Below are positions 19,505 through 29,086 of a DNA stretch of 64,000 bases, piece after piece. The translations under genes were made by a program, and so were the position numbers. A model generated the notes under the pieces. That model did no database searches. It saw only the letters and a program-made list of their open reading frames with translations, and had not been told where the DNA came from. Source of the stretch: Candidatus Latescibacterota bacterium (GTDB lineage: Bacteria > Latescibacterota > UBA2968 > UBA8231); NCBI GenBank assembly GCA_965215195.1, contig CBDCDC010000002.1, forward strand, positions 4,384,001 to 4,448,000, written 5' to 3'. Positions within the stretch are counted from its first letter, which is position 1, and every line of letters starts with the position of its first letter.

Positions 19505-20404
19505 TTACTGCTGGAACTGGGCTTTGATGCGGCCCCAAGTGTCGGACTCAACAGCGCTGGAAACGGGAGCGGCACCCCAGTCGATAGAGTCGTCCAACTC
19601 GCTCATGACCATGTCGTTGTCGGCACGGCAGCATCCGTTGGGCGAGGTGGACCAAAAGCCCTGATACGTGGTGCCCGGTTCGTCGAAATCGCCGAAGGTC
19701 CAACTCATGGCGATGACGTCGCCATCGGAGAGGTCGGTCAGCTCAGCCTCGTCGCGGTTGCCGTCGTCGGGAATGAAGTCGTAGGGCTGAATCCACATCT
19801 CGTAGAAGTAGGTACTTTCGCCGAACTCCTCGCCTTCAAAGGAGTATTCCATGACCCAGTTGTCGCCGTTGAACGGATCCGTGCGCCACTCGAAGTCGGG
19901 CAGGAACTGGCCCCAGCTATCGCCGATGGGCGGAATGCCGAAGTTGAAGGACTGCTTGACGATGCCGCCCTCGCCGGGCGCGTAAGGACCGCCCCCGTCG
20001 GCTTCGGGGTGCGTTGGGGCAATGTAGATTTCCCAAGCGTCGTCGGTCCAGAACTGAGCCGGATCTTCGCGATCTGTGTTGTGGATGTTGTCGAAAACTT
20101 CGGCCATCAAGTAGAGGCGGTTGTTGTTGTCGTTCCAGCCGACGATCTGGCGCACGCTCAGATCGCTGACGTCGATCTCGCCGCGCACCTTGGCGTAAAC
20201 GGCGTCTGAATACATGTCGTTGCCCACTTCGTAGGGCACCTGCGGAATGACGCTCCACTCCGAGATGTCGCCATCGACATTGGGCAAATTCTCGTCGGGA
20301 AACTGCACGGCAAAGAGGAACTCACCCGGAGGGAAATGGCTATGGGTTGGTGTAGCCAGTCCCACTACTAGCAGGGCGGTGAAGAAAATCAAGGCATTGC
20401 GCAT
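19505..20404 (-). CDS. Acidic secreted CBM9/DOMON-like protein with C-terminal TWGRIK motif
   Basis: RBS aggagg then ATG 20404 (MRNALIFF, signal peptide); P.VDGDISEW, GW..NNRLY...EVFD, DDAWEIYI; ends AVESDTWGRIKAQFQQ. Confidence 0.75.
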   Translation of the reverse strand: MRNALIFFTALLVVGLATPTHSHFPPGEFLFAVQFPDENLPNVDGDISEWSVIPQVPYEVGNDMYSDAVYAKVRGEIDVSDLSVRQIVGWNDNNNRLYLMAEVFDNIHNTDREDPAQFWTDDAWEIYIAPTHPEADGGGPYAPGEGGIVKQSFNFGIPPIGDSWGQFLPDFEWRTDPFNGDNWVMEYSFEGEEFGESTYFYEMWIQPYDFIPDDGNRDEAELTDLSDGDVIAMSWTFGDFDEPGTTYQGFWSTSPNGCCRADNDMVMSELDDSIDWGAAPVSSAVESDTWGRIKAQFQQ

Positions 20405-20533
20405 GTTGCACCTCCTATAGGTGAGCGCGAAAAAAATGACGAGGTTTGAGGCGAACCAGAGATTTAACCAACTGCTTTCAGCGTTTAAGTGTACAAAATA
20501 CATATATGTAGTTCAACCACAAAATACGTTGAA

Positions 20534-22333
20534 CTACGGATTTTTTTGGAACGTCTGGATAAGCGAGCGGAGTCGCGCGGCCTCGGGGTGATGGGGGACC
20601 AAGCGCAACAAGGTCTGCCAAGCAGCAGTCATCCGACAAAAATCGCCTGTCGTGCGGTAGAGCTCGCCCAAGTGATAATAGGCACTGGTTCTGCTTGGAT
20701 CCAAGGTGAGAGTGGTCTGATAGGCCCTGATAGCTTGGGGGTATTGGCCAAGGTGATGGTAGGCTCGGCCGAGGTTGAAGACAGCTCGTACGTGATCGGG
20801 TGATTGACGCAGCGTTTTTTCGTAGTGGAGAATCGCGGTGGCATGGCGACCCATCTTTTGGTGGGCGAGGCCAGTGTTATAATGTACGCCAGCATGGACG
20901 GGATTGAGTTCCAGCGCGGCTTGGAAAGTTCGGATGGCCGCGTGGTATAGGCCTTCCGCGCTGTAGAGCAGCCCTAGGTTGTAGTAGGGACGGACCCAGT
21001 GCGGATTGATGGCAATGGCCCGTTTGTAGTGCTCAACCGCTCCGTTGACATCGCCTCGCTGGTAGTGCGCATGGGCCAAATTTTCGCGAGCCCTAGCGTT
21101 GTCGGGATAGAGGGCGACGACAGCGGAGAACAGCGCGTAGTCGCTGGCCCAATCGCGATTGCGGTCCATGGTGCGGGCGGCCATAAGCAGGAGGAGGACA
21201 GCGGCTAGGGCATGGCCAGCGAGGCGATAGCGCAGGGCCGTCTGCTTTAGGAATGAGGTCTTAGCGGCTAGCCCTAAGAGGAGCGCCAGCGCGGGCAGGA
21301 CCGGATGCAGATAGCGCTCGGCCATACCACTGGGTGCCAAAACCAAGAGGTTGGAAGCGGGCAGGAAGGCGAGCCAGCCGAAGGCCGCGGCGAAGACCAA
21401 TGGAGGCGAGGAGGAACGCAAGGGCAGGTAGAGGAGCGCACCAGCAGCGAGAAGGCCGGCAATGAAGTAGGGGTTGAGTGGCGTCCGCACCAAGGGGATG
21501 GAGGCGTAGGAGTAGTCCGCTGAGAGGTGAAGCGGAAAGACGATCAGCAGTAGGTAGCGCAGTAGGATCGCCGGGAGGGTCAGCAGTCGCGAAACCGCAT
21601 CGGCGTCGGCGAGGAAGTTGGCAGAGACCAGTTCCGCCGCCTCTGCCGCGTTCCAACGCAGGGCTAGGGCCAAGGCTAGGACTAGGGCATATCCATAGTG
21701 GCGCACGAGCCATGCGCGGGTAAAGGCGAACAAATGTCGGAATGGGCGGACAGGCGCGGCCAAGAGCGCGTCGTAGCAATAGGCGACAGCGGGAAGGACA
21801 AAGCCGCTCTCCTTGGACAAAATGCTGCAACCGTACAGGAACCACGCCAAGACCCGCCCGCGGCGCGTCCGTGCGCGTAGGTGGCAAAGCAGGCCGGCCA
21901 AAAAGAAAAGGCTCATCAGCAAATCGCCGCGGGAGGATATCCAAGAAACCACCTCGGTCTGCAGCGGATGGAGGACGTAAAACAGGGCGGCCAAGAGCGC
22001 GGCAGACTGCCGTGCGAGGATGTGGTTACTTAGCTGAAAGACTAACAGGGCGTTGAGGAGGTGTAAGAGGAGGCTACTCAGGTGGTAGCCTAGCGGCTGA
22101 TCGCCATAGCAGTGGAAGTCACAGGCCAGCGAGAGTAGGGTCAGGGGCCGGTAGAGATCGGGATGAATCCCACTCTGAAAGAAGACGGCCAGTGGGCGGA
22201 ACTGGCGGACTAATGGGCTACTCAGGTAGGCCGAATCATCGAAGACAAAGCCGTTTCCCAAGGCATTGAGGTAGCACAGGACACCTGCCAAGACGATCAG
22301 CAACCAGCATGTAAATGTATGGCTAGCAGGCAT
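20534..22333 (-). CDS. TMTC-like GT-C glycosyltransferase with TPR repeats
   Basis: Y.NALGNGFVFDD, YRPL, HPLQTEVV.WISSR, SKESG, LSADYS and AERYL motifs; C-terminal TPRs. Start uncertain. Confidence 0.85.
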   Translation of the reverse strand: MPASHTFTCWLLIVLAGVLCYLNALGNGFVFDDSAYLSSPLVRQFRPLAVFFQSGIHPDLYRPLTLLSLACDFHCYGDQPLGYHLSSLLLHLLNALLVFQLSNHILARQSAALLAALFYVLHPLQTEVVSWISSRGDLLMSLFFLAGLLCHLRARTRRGRVLAWFLYGCSILSKESGFVLPAVAYCYDALLAAPVRPFRHLFAFTRAWLVRHYGYALVLALALALRWNAAEAAELVSANFLADADAVSRLLTLPAILLRYLLLIVFPLHLSADYSYASIPLVRTPLNPYFIAGLLAAGALLYLPLRSSSPPLVFAAAFGWLAFLPASNLLVLAPSGMAERYLHPVLPALALLLGLAAKTSFLKQTALRYRLAGHALAAVLLLLMAARTMDRNRDWASDYALFSAVVALYPDNARARENLAHAHYQRGDVNGAVEHYKRAIAINPHWVRPYYNLGLLYSAEGLYHAAIRTFQAALELNPVHAGVHYNTGLAHQKMGRHATAILHYEKTLRQSPDHVRAVFNLGRAYHHLGQYPQAIRAYQTTLTLDPSRTSAYYHLGELYRTTGDFCRMTAAWQTLLRLVPHHPEAARLRSLIQTFQKNP

Positions 22334-22415
22334 GGACGCGTCTTGAGGATGGGGGCTATTTCGAGTATATATACGTGCGGCTGGCATAGCGACCGGTTTA
22401 GAAGGAAGTATAGGT

Positions 22416-24155
22416 ATGAAGATGAGTAGGGGTAAACAACATGCGGCGTTGCGAGTGGGGGGCCTGTTCCTAGGCTTGCTGGTAGCTCTAGGGGCCTGCG
22501 GCAAGCAGGAAGAGGAAGAAATCGTCGCGGTGGTGGGGCAGAAAGCGATTTACGCCGAGGAGTTGCGGCGATTCGTGCTCAACTTGCTGCCAGGTCTCTA
22601 TACCCACAAGCAGGGTCAAGAGGCGCGGGAAGACTATCTACAGAGCTTGATCGACCAAGAATTACTGCTACTTGAGGCCCGCAACCGAGGTTTGGAGCAG
22701 GACGCGCAACTGGTGGAGAAGTTGAGCAATAAGCAGCGGAAATACATCGTCTCGATTCTGCGCCAGCGCGAGATCGCGCCGCTAGTAGAAGTAACGGAGG
22801 AGGATATCCGCCAGCGCTTTGAAGAACTCGGCTTAGCACGAGAGCGATTTTTGACTGCCCTCGTGGTCGCCAGCCAGCAAGAGGTACGCGAACTTCAGCA
22901 GCGGCTGGCGGCCGGGGAGTCTTGGGCGGATTTGGCCCGGGCGCATTCGCTGGACGCCCAATCGGCTGAACGCGCAGGCGAGGTGGGTTTTCTCAATCGC
23001 TCGTTGGCCGAGCGGATGGGGATACCAGTGGCGATTTTCGATACCCTCGCGGCGGAGAAAGTCTCGCCTCCGCTAGCGCGTGGTCGAGCCTACCAGCTCA
23101 TTCGCTTCATCGGCGAGCGGCAGGCCGAATTGGAAACTCACCAAGCCGCGTTGCGAGCACAGCTAATGAAGCTAGGCCAAAAGGAAGTCGAGGACCGCAA
23201 GGTAGAAATGCTGGCCTACGAACTGGACTGGGCAATGGACGCAGCCGGCCGCCAAGTTCTCGCGGCACTGGCGGAGAATCCGGCGCAGCAAATGCAGCAC
23301 TTGAGCGCGGCCGAGCGCACTGCGGTGCTCTTTAGCTACGAAGGGGGCCAAGTCAGCGTAAACGAGTACCTACACGCGCTAAAGCTGCGTCGGATACACA
23401 CGCGAAAAGCGCTAGCGGACAGTGCGTTTATCACCGCGATTGCTCACCGCTTTATCCTGCCCGAAACCATGCTGGCCCATGCGGCGATCCAAGCGGGCAT
23501 CCCGGACGAGCCGGCCGTTGTCGCTTGGGTGGAGGATGCCAAAAAGGAGCTCTTGTTGACCCGATTGCGCCAGATTGAGGTCGGCGACAAGAGCTCGGTG
23601 GAGGACGAGGCGGCCCGCCGCTATATTGAAGAGCACCCGATGCAGTTTCTGCTGCCGGAGCGAATTTGCTACGAGGAACTCATTGTCCCGACCAAGGAGG
23701 AAGCCGCACAACTCGCAGGAGAGTTGGACGACGCCGTTGATCTTCTGCAGGTGGCCCGGCAGCACGGCTTCAACGTGCGGCCGCGGCAGCCGGATGGCTT
23801 GGTCTGCATGATCGGCCTCAACGAGGTCGTTTATCCCCGACTCTGGCCAGCACTACAGGAGGCACCACTGGGCGCGTTGCGTGGCCCAGTGGAAACTCGG
23901 GACGGGCATATATTCTTTAAGGTAGTGCGGCACCAAGAGCCGCAGCCGGAACCAGCGGACAAGGCACTGCGACGGGCGCGAGCCTCGCTAGTCCAGCGCC
24001 AAGAGCGGGAGCACTTCGACGAACTGCTGGACCAGTTGCGCACCAAGTACCGGAGTCAAGTGACCGCGTTTGCCGATCGCCTGGACGCAGCGTTGCCGGA
24101 CGCACTCTTGGCCGGCCTTACTCGACCGCCGCAAAAACAGATTGAAAACCCCTGA
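22416..24155 (+). CDS. PpiC/SurA-type peptidyl-prolyl isomerase lipoprotein (two parvulin-like domains)
   Basis: Lipobox LGAC; LQSLIDQELLLLEA, GESWADLARAHSLD..SAERAGEVG, GPVETRDGHIFFKV. Confidence 0.85.
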   Translation: MKMSRGKQHAALRVGGLFLGLLVALGACGKQEEEEIVAVVGQKAIYAEELRRFVLNLLPGLYTHKQGQEAREDYLQSLIDQELLLLEARNRGLEQDAQLVEKLSNKQRKYIVSILRQREIAPLVEVTEEDIRQRFEELGLARERFLTALVVASQQEVRELQQRLAAGESWADLARAHSLDAQSAERAGEVGFLNRSLAERMGIPVAIFDTLAAEKVSPPLARGRAYQLIRFIGERQAELETHQAALRAQLMKLGQKEVEDRKVEMLAYELDWAMDAAGRQVLAALAENPAQQMQHLSAAERTAVLFSYEGGQVSVNEYLHALKLRRIHTRKALADSAFITAIAHRFILPETMLAHAAIQAGIPDEPAVVAWVEDAKKELLLTRLRQIEVGDKSSVEDEAARRYIEEHPMQFLLPERICYEELIVPTKEEAAQLAGELDDAVDLLQVARQHGFNVRPRQPDGLVCMIGLNEVVYPRLWPALQEAPLGALRGPVETRDGHIFFKVVRHQEPQPEPADKALRRARASLVQRQEREHFDELLDQLRTKYRSQVTAFADRLDAALPDALLAGLTRPPQKQIENP

Positions 24156-24211
24156 CTCAATGATTAAAATCTAGACTCTACGTCTTCGTTTCTGCCAGAG
24201 GGGAGCCAACC

Positions 24212-27200
24212 ATGTTGAGTGCCAAGAGGTTCCAGTTATTCGCGTGTGGCCTGTACTTGCTCAGTTCTGTCGCGTTGGCCCACGCGCAGACCGCCGCCCA
24301 AGCAGGTTTTAGCCTCTCGGCCAGCGGGATTTCCGTTGACCGGGCCGAGCATTGGGAAGCGTGGACTCGGCCCAAACACGCAGTAGAGATCGATCCACAC
24401 ACTCACGCGGTGCGCCCGCGCACTATCCGCATCGAGACCAATGCCGTGGAGGGAATGGACCAATTTCAGACTCTCATTGGCGATCAGAAGGCCTACGAAA
24501 AACTGCTCAAGGACCTCGGCCGCGCAGACCGTCCCACGCCGTTCAATATCCGCACTGCACCAGCGACCGTGGCTGGCGTCCCCATCGTGCATTTGAAGGC
24601 CAACTCAAAGAAGGGCATTGAGGTGGGCGATCCCGTCATCTGGTACTACTACCACGGAGGCATCAAGTACACGCCCAATAATTCCGAGTCCGCTGCCTTC
24701 ATCCTCGATGGGGATCCCCTGACCTATTGGGAACCCAGCAGCGTGGTGGATCGCACTACCTACCAAGATCTTCCCAAAGACCAACGCGGGCCGATCTACT
24801 ACTTCGCCCGGGAGGAGGTCGGCGAGCGGCGGGTGGATCGCGTAACCTACGAGGCGACCAGCAGGACCGAGCGGCGGATCGAATACCACAGCCGCTCGTT
24901 TGAAAACTGGTACATAGATATCGATTTGGGGCGGCTGGTCGCGGTCTCGCGGATCGTCCTGCGCTTCGTCGATCCAGAAATGGGCGAGCCGTTCCGCCAA
25001 ATCCGCATCCTCGGTACAGCTTCTGACCTGCGCGACGCGCCGCTTTCGCTCATTGAACGCACGATCGTCCCCAACGAAGATCAGACGGTGTTGGAGTTCG
25101 ACCTAGACCCGCTAGACCCGGACGACGAGGGCCTCTTCCAGCAACTGCACATTGTGCGGATCGCCGTCACCGACAGCCGGTTCGACAAATTCCGCACGGT
25201 CTCGGAAGCGGAGTTTATGGCCCTGCCGGTGGGCGACCAAGGCGGGATCGACTACCACATCGTCAACGCAGCCGGCAGCGAGACCAAAGTGGACGAGGAT
25301 ATCTTTTCCCAAGTTGACCCCCAGCGCCAAGGTCAGCTAATCTACTACCAGCGCGAGCGGCCCCGGCTGGCCGACATCGAGGTTTGGAGCCAAGGCGACA
25401 ACATCGCGCTGGGGATCATTGACGGTGGCGGCAGTGTCGACTTGACTGGCACCTTCGCCGGCACCCCCGGCTTTGACGGGCGCTACGAGAGCAACTACTT
25501 GCAGCTAGTCTGGTCGCCAGACCCGCGCTTTGACAACCGAGGCGTACTGACTTTAGACCTAGGGGCCAGATTTTGGCTGAACTACTTCCGCATGGTCGGC
25601 GGCATCAGCGGCGTTGATGAGATGGTACTGCGTGCTTCGGACGGCACGCGGGACTCCAACGGCAACCTCGAGTGGGAGGAGATCCACCGCCAGCAGGGCG
25701 GCACGGTCGAGCAGGGCTTTGACGAATTGCTCCAAGTGCGCTATCTGTCCTCACAGATATTCTCCTCCCAAGCAGGCCGGGCCGGCGGCTACAATACCGG
25801 CGATCGGATCCGCGAATTCCAGCTCTTTGGCCAAGGAGCTCCGTCGGAGGTCATTCTTACTTCACCGATGATTGAGTTGCCAAGCGCGGTCCTCCTAGGT
25901 CGCATAGAGTGGGAAGCTGATATCCCCGATCCCGACCTAGCGCAGGTGGAGATTCGCACTCGCACTGGCGACCGGCTGATCGAGGTAACCGAATACTACG
26001 GCAGTGGTGGCGAGCCTAAGACCGAGTCCGAATACAATAAGCTCCCCAAGGGGTTCCAGGGGCCGGTCGTCTCCCGCGTCAAGCCCGGCGGTGGTTGGAG
26101 CAGTTGGAGTCAGCGCTACGCGCGCTCGGGTGAATTGGTCACCTCGCCTAGCCCCAGACGCTATATGCAAATACAGGCCCGGCTGTTTTCTACAGACCCC
26201 GAGGTGACTGCTTCGCTTCGCTCGGTGCAGGTGCAGTTCATGCCGCCGGTCGCTGGCCGTACGCTGGCCGAGGTCTGGCCCAGCGAGGTGCCGTTCGGCG
26301 AGGAGCGCGACTTCTCACTTTTTGTCAATCCCTCCTTTGTCGAAGACCAGCTTGGGGGCCAGCCGAGCCGCCGCTTTGACGAAATTCTGCTCAATGCTAC
26401 CCCGATCCCCGCACTCGAGATTATCGAGGTACGTCTGGGCGATGAACAAGCGCACCGCTTCGGCGAGCTTGGCTCGCGCCAAGACCCAATAAGCGGGGAA
26501 CACACTTTTTGGTTTGCTGAGCCGGATGGACACCGCTATCAGGCATTTCTGAACGCCGCTGGCGATACTGTCAAGGCGTTCTTTTCTGGAGAAGCTCAGG
26601 TACTCTTGCGACTACCGGAGAAGGTCGCCTTGCAGCCCCAGCGGGATGACTCTAGGACGTACTATCGCGCAATTGTCGAAGAGGGAGATGAAGTGCCCGT
26701 AGATGCCGACGGACGGCTACTCAATGAGCTGACCTACTTAGGGCTACCTTTCGAGGAGCAAGGTCGCATCGTTTACTTCGCGATCACCGGCCAAGATGCG
26801 GCGGTGGGAGCCATTGAGGAAGAGGTTTCGGAGGTGGATTTTCGGGCACTAGAGGACTCGCTCAAGGGGTCAGTCCGCTACTTTCGTCGGCTCCTAGGCA
26901 AAGGCGGGCAGTTCCCGTTCGACCAAGATGGCGAGCCGCTGAGTGAAAGCGCCTACAGTGCTCTGCCCCGGGCCGAGCGCGGGGCCGTGGTGGCAGCAGG
27001 GGAGATGGTGCAGGTGCGCTTCAAGGCGCGGGTCTTGCTCAACGGCAGTACTATCGATGTGTCGATCCGCGACTCCGCGCACCCGGATTCTTGGCAGCAA
27101 GTGGATCCTGGCGATGCTACTGCCGAGACGCCGAGTACCTCGCTGAGCATCTCGGTGCCGTTCTCTTCGCGGGTGATTCAAGACGCGACCATTGCTCCCA

Positions 27201-27493
27201 ACCCCTTCACGCCCAATGCCGACGGGGTCAACGACCAGACCGAAGTCCGCTTTGCCATTGGCAACCTCAATGCCGAGCGGGCACTACAAGTACAAATATT
27301 CGACTTGAGCGGCCGGCTGGTCTGGCAAGAGAAACGCCTTAGTTTCGGCGAGCAGGTGGTTCAATGGGACGGGCGCGACGCACAGGGGACACCGGTGCCT
27401 CCCGGGATCTATCTGTGCCGAATCGAGGTGGATGTAGATGCACAAGGGGCCTCGCACCAAGTCGCCCAGCGGGTGATTGCGGTGGCCTACTAA
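24212..27493 (+). CDS. Secreted FlgD/T9SS-like CTD protein with repeated ~20-aa motif
   Basis: Signal peptide; IDLGRLV.VSRIVLRF, EIRTRTGD, WSSWS..Y, SPSPRRYMQ, PNPFTPNADGVND, ends IAVAY. Confidence 0.8.
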   Translation: MLSAKRFQLFACGLYLLSSVALAHAQTAAQAGFSLSASGISVDRAEHWEAWTRPKHAVEIDPHTHAVRPRTIRIETNAVEGMDQFQTLIGDQKAYEKLLKDLGRADRPTPFNIRTAPATVAGVPIVHLKANSKKGIEVGDPVIWYYYHGGIKYTPNNSESAAFILDGDPLTYWEPSSVVDRTTYQDLPKDQRGPIYYFAREEVGERRVDRVTYEATSRTERRIEYHSRSFENWYIDIDLGRLVAVSRIVLRFVDPEMGEPFRQIRILGTASDLRDAPLSLIERTIVPNEDQTVLEFDLDPLDPDDEGLFQQLHIVRIAVTDSRFDKFRTVSEAEFMALPVGDQGGIDYHIVNAAGSETKVDEDIFSQVDPQRQGQLIYYQRERPRLADIEVWSQGDNIALGIIDGGGSVDLTGTFAGTPGFDGRYESNYLQLVWSPDPRFDNRGVLTLDLGARFWLNYFRMVGGISGVDEMVLRASDGTRDSNGNLEWEEIHRQQGGTVEQGFDELLQVRYLSSQIFSSQAGRAGGYNTGDRIREFQLFGQGAPSEVILTSPMIELPSAVLLGRIEWEADIPDPDLAQVEIRTRTGDRLIEVTEYYGSGGEPKTESEYNKLPKGFQGPVVSRVKPGGGWSSWSQRYARSGELVTSPSPRRYMQIQARLFSTDPEVTASLRSVQVQFMPPVAGRTLAEVWPSEVPFGEERDFSLFVNPSFVEDQLGGQPSRRFDEILLNATPIPALEIIEVRLGDEQAHRFGELGSRQDPISGEHTFWFAEPDGHRYQAFLNAAGDTVKAFFSGEAQVLLRLPEKVALQPQRDDSRTYYRAIVEEGDEVPVDADGRLLNELTYLGLPFEEQGRIVYFAITGQDAAVGAIEEEVSEVDFRALEDSLKGSVRYFRRLLGKGGQFPFDQDGEPLSESAYSALPRAERGAVVAAGEMVQVRFKARVLLNGSTIDVSIRDSAHPDSWQQVDPGDATAETPSTSLSISVPFSSRVIQDATIAPNPFTPNADGVNDQTEVRFAIGNLNAERALQVQIFDLSGRLVWQEKRLSFGEQVVQWDGRDAQGTPVPPGIYLCRIEVDVDAQGASHQVAQRVIAVAY

Positions 27494-27514
27494 GGGCCAC
27501 CATCCGGCGGGCAC

Positions 27515-29086
27515 ATGCAGAGGAAAGCGCTGGCCCTAAACCTGCTATCCGCGCTCGCGGGGTTGGGCTTGCTGGCAGGGATCGAAGGCGTTTTGCAACT
27601 TTGCGACCTAGGTCCTTCACCCCGTCTCTTCGCGTTGGCGGAGAACGCCGGCGAAAAAGTCTATACCGCCAATCGGGACGTCTCCTACCGCTTCTTCCAG
27701 CATCCATATCAGCGCTCCTCGCCGCTAGTGCAGAGCTTTGCGGCCGACAAAGCGCCCCAAGTGGTGCGCGTCTTTGCGCTGGGTGCCTCGACCCTCGTTG
27801 GTTTTCCCCATCCGGTTTCAGCCGCCTTTCCTCACTACCTAAAAAAAATGCTTCCCGCTGTTTACCCCGAGCGGCGTTTTGAAGTGATCAACTGTGGGAT
27901 CACCGCGATCAACACCTTCTGTCTAGTAGACTTTATGCGCGAGATCGCCAACTACGATCCCGACTTGGTCATCCTCTATGCGGGCCACAACGAATTCATG
28001 GGCCCCTACGGGGTTACTACGCCCTTTGTCCGCGTGGGCAACCACCGAGTGTTGATCCGCCTTCACATGCTTTTACAGCACTCGCGCATCTACTACTACC
28101 TAGGGGAATTAATCGCACACCTCCAGAGCTGGGCCCAACCCGAGGAGGAGACTCCATCCTTCGGTCTGCATCTAGCCCGCGAGGAAATCGGTCCGCTTGA
28201 CATGGGATACAGCAGGACAGCGGAAAACTTTCGCGCCAACCTCGAGGAAATCGCCCTCATTGCCGCTGAGCGTGGGATTCCGCTGTTGTTGTCGACCCTA
28301 ATTTCTAATCTCAAGGATTTCCATCCGCTGCGCTCGGAGTGCGATGCAGCGATGCCGGCCATAGAGGCGCTGGCCGCCACCGGACAGTGGACAGAGGCCG
28401 AGCGACAGGCTCGGAACGCCCTGCGCGAAAATCCCTACTGCGCCAATCTCCACTTCACACTGGGGCGGCTGCACTATCTGCGCGGCGAATACGGCGAGGC
28501 CAAAGCCGCCTTTGCGCGGGCGCGAGACATGGATCGCTTGCCCTTCCGTGCTCCCACCCTTTTCAATCAGATACTCCGCGAGGTGGCTTCCGGCTCGGAA
28601 GGGGTGCTGCTCTGCGAAGTGGAAGTTGCTTTCTCTACGGCGTCGCCACACGGCATCGTCGGTAGCGAGTTGGTCTCTGAGTACGTACATCCGACAGTCT
28701 TTGGCCACTACCTAATCGCTCGGACGATAGTCGAGACCCTAGCGGCGAGTCCGCTGGCCGGACAGTGGGGTGCATCCTCTGTGCTAGGGGAATACGAGGA
28801 CTATCGGCCCGCCTATCCACCTCTAAAAGAGGTTTGGCGGCGCAACGACCTGATGCTCTTTCTCAAGCGCATGCCCTATAATGTACCCCCGGCGGCACTC
28901 AGCCGACGTCTGTCGGAGCTGATGGCGGCACAAGTGGCTGCGCTTCCGCACCTGCAAGAAGCCGAGCGCCGCCAGTTCATTGAGCAAGGCGGCCTGCGCT
29001 TTCTAAGGAAGATGCTTAAGGAATTGCATCCAAGAGACCGCCCACCTCTACAACGAGCACTAGCAGAGGCGTCCGGTGTGTTCTAG
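27515..29086 (+). CDS. Membrane-anchored SGNH/GDSL hydrolase with TPR insert
   Basis: RVFALGAST..GFP, EVINCG, YAGHNEF.G and EYVHPTVFGH blocks. Confidence 0.8.
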   Translation: MQRKALALNLLSALAGLGLLAGIEGVLQLCDLGPSPRLFALAENAGEKVYTANRDVSYRFFQHPYQRSSPLVQSFAADKAPQVVRVFALGASTLVGFPHPVSAAFPHYLKKMLPAVYPERRFEVINCGITAINTFCLVDFMREIANYDPDLVILYAGHNEFMGPYGVTTPFVRVGNHRVLIRLHMLLQHSRIYYYLGELIAHLQSWAQPEEETPSFGLHLAREEIGPLDMGYSRTAENFRANLEEIALIAAERGIPLLLSTLISNLKDFHPLRSECDAAMPAIEALAATGQWTEAERQARNALRENPYCANLHFTLGRLHYLRGEYGEAKAAFARARDMDRLPFRAPTLFNQILREVASGSEGVLLCEVEVAFSTASPHGIVGSELVSEYVHPTVFGHYLIARTIVETLAASPLAGQWGASSVLGEYEDYRPAYPPLKEVWRRNDLMLFLKRMPYNVPPAALSRRLSELMAAQVAALPHLQEAERRQFIEQGGLRFLRKMLKELHPRDRPPLQRALAEASGVF

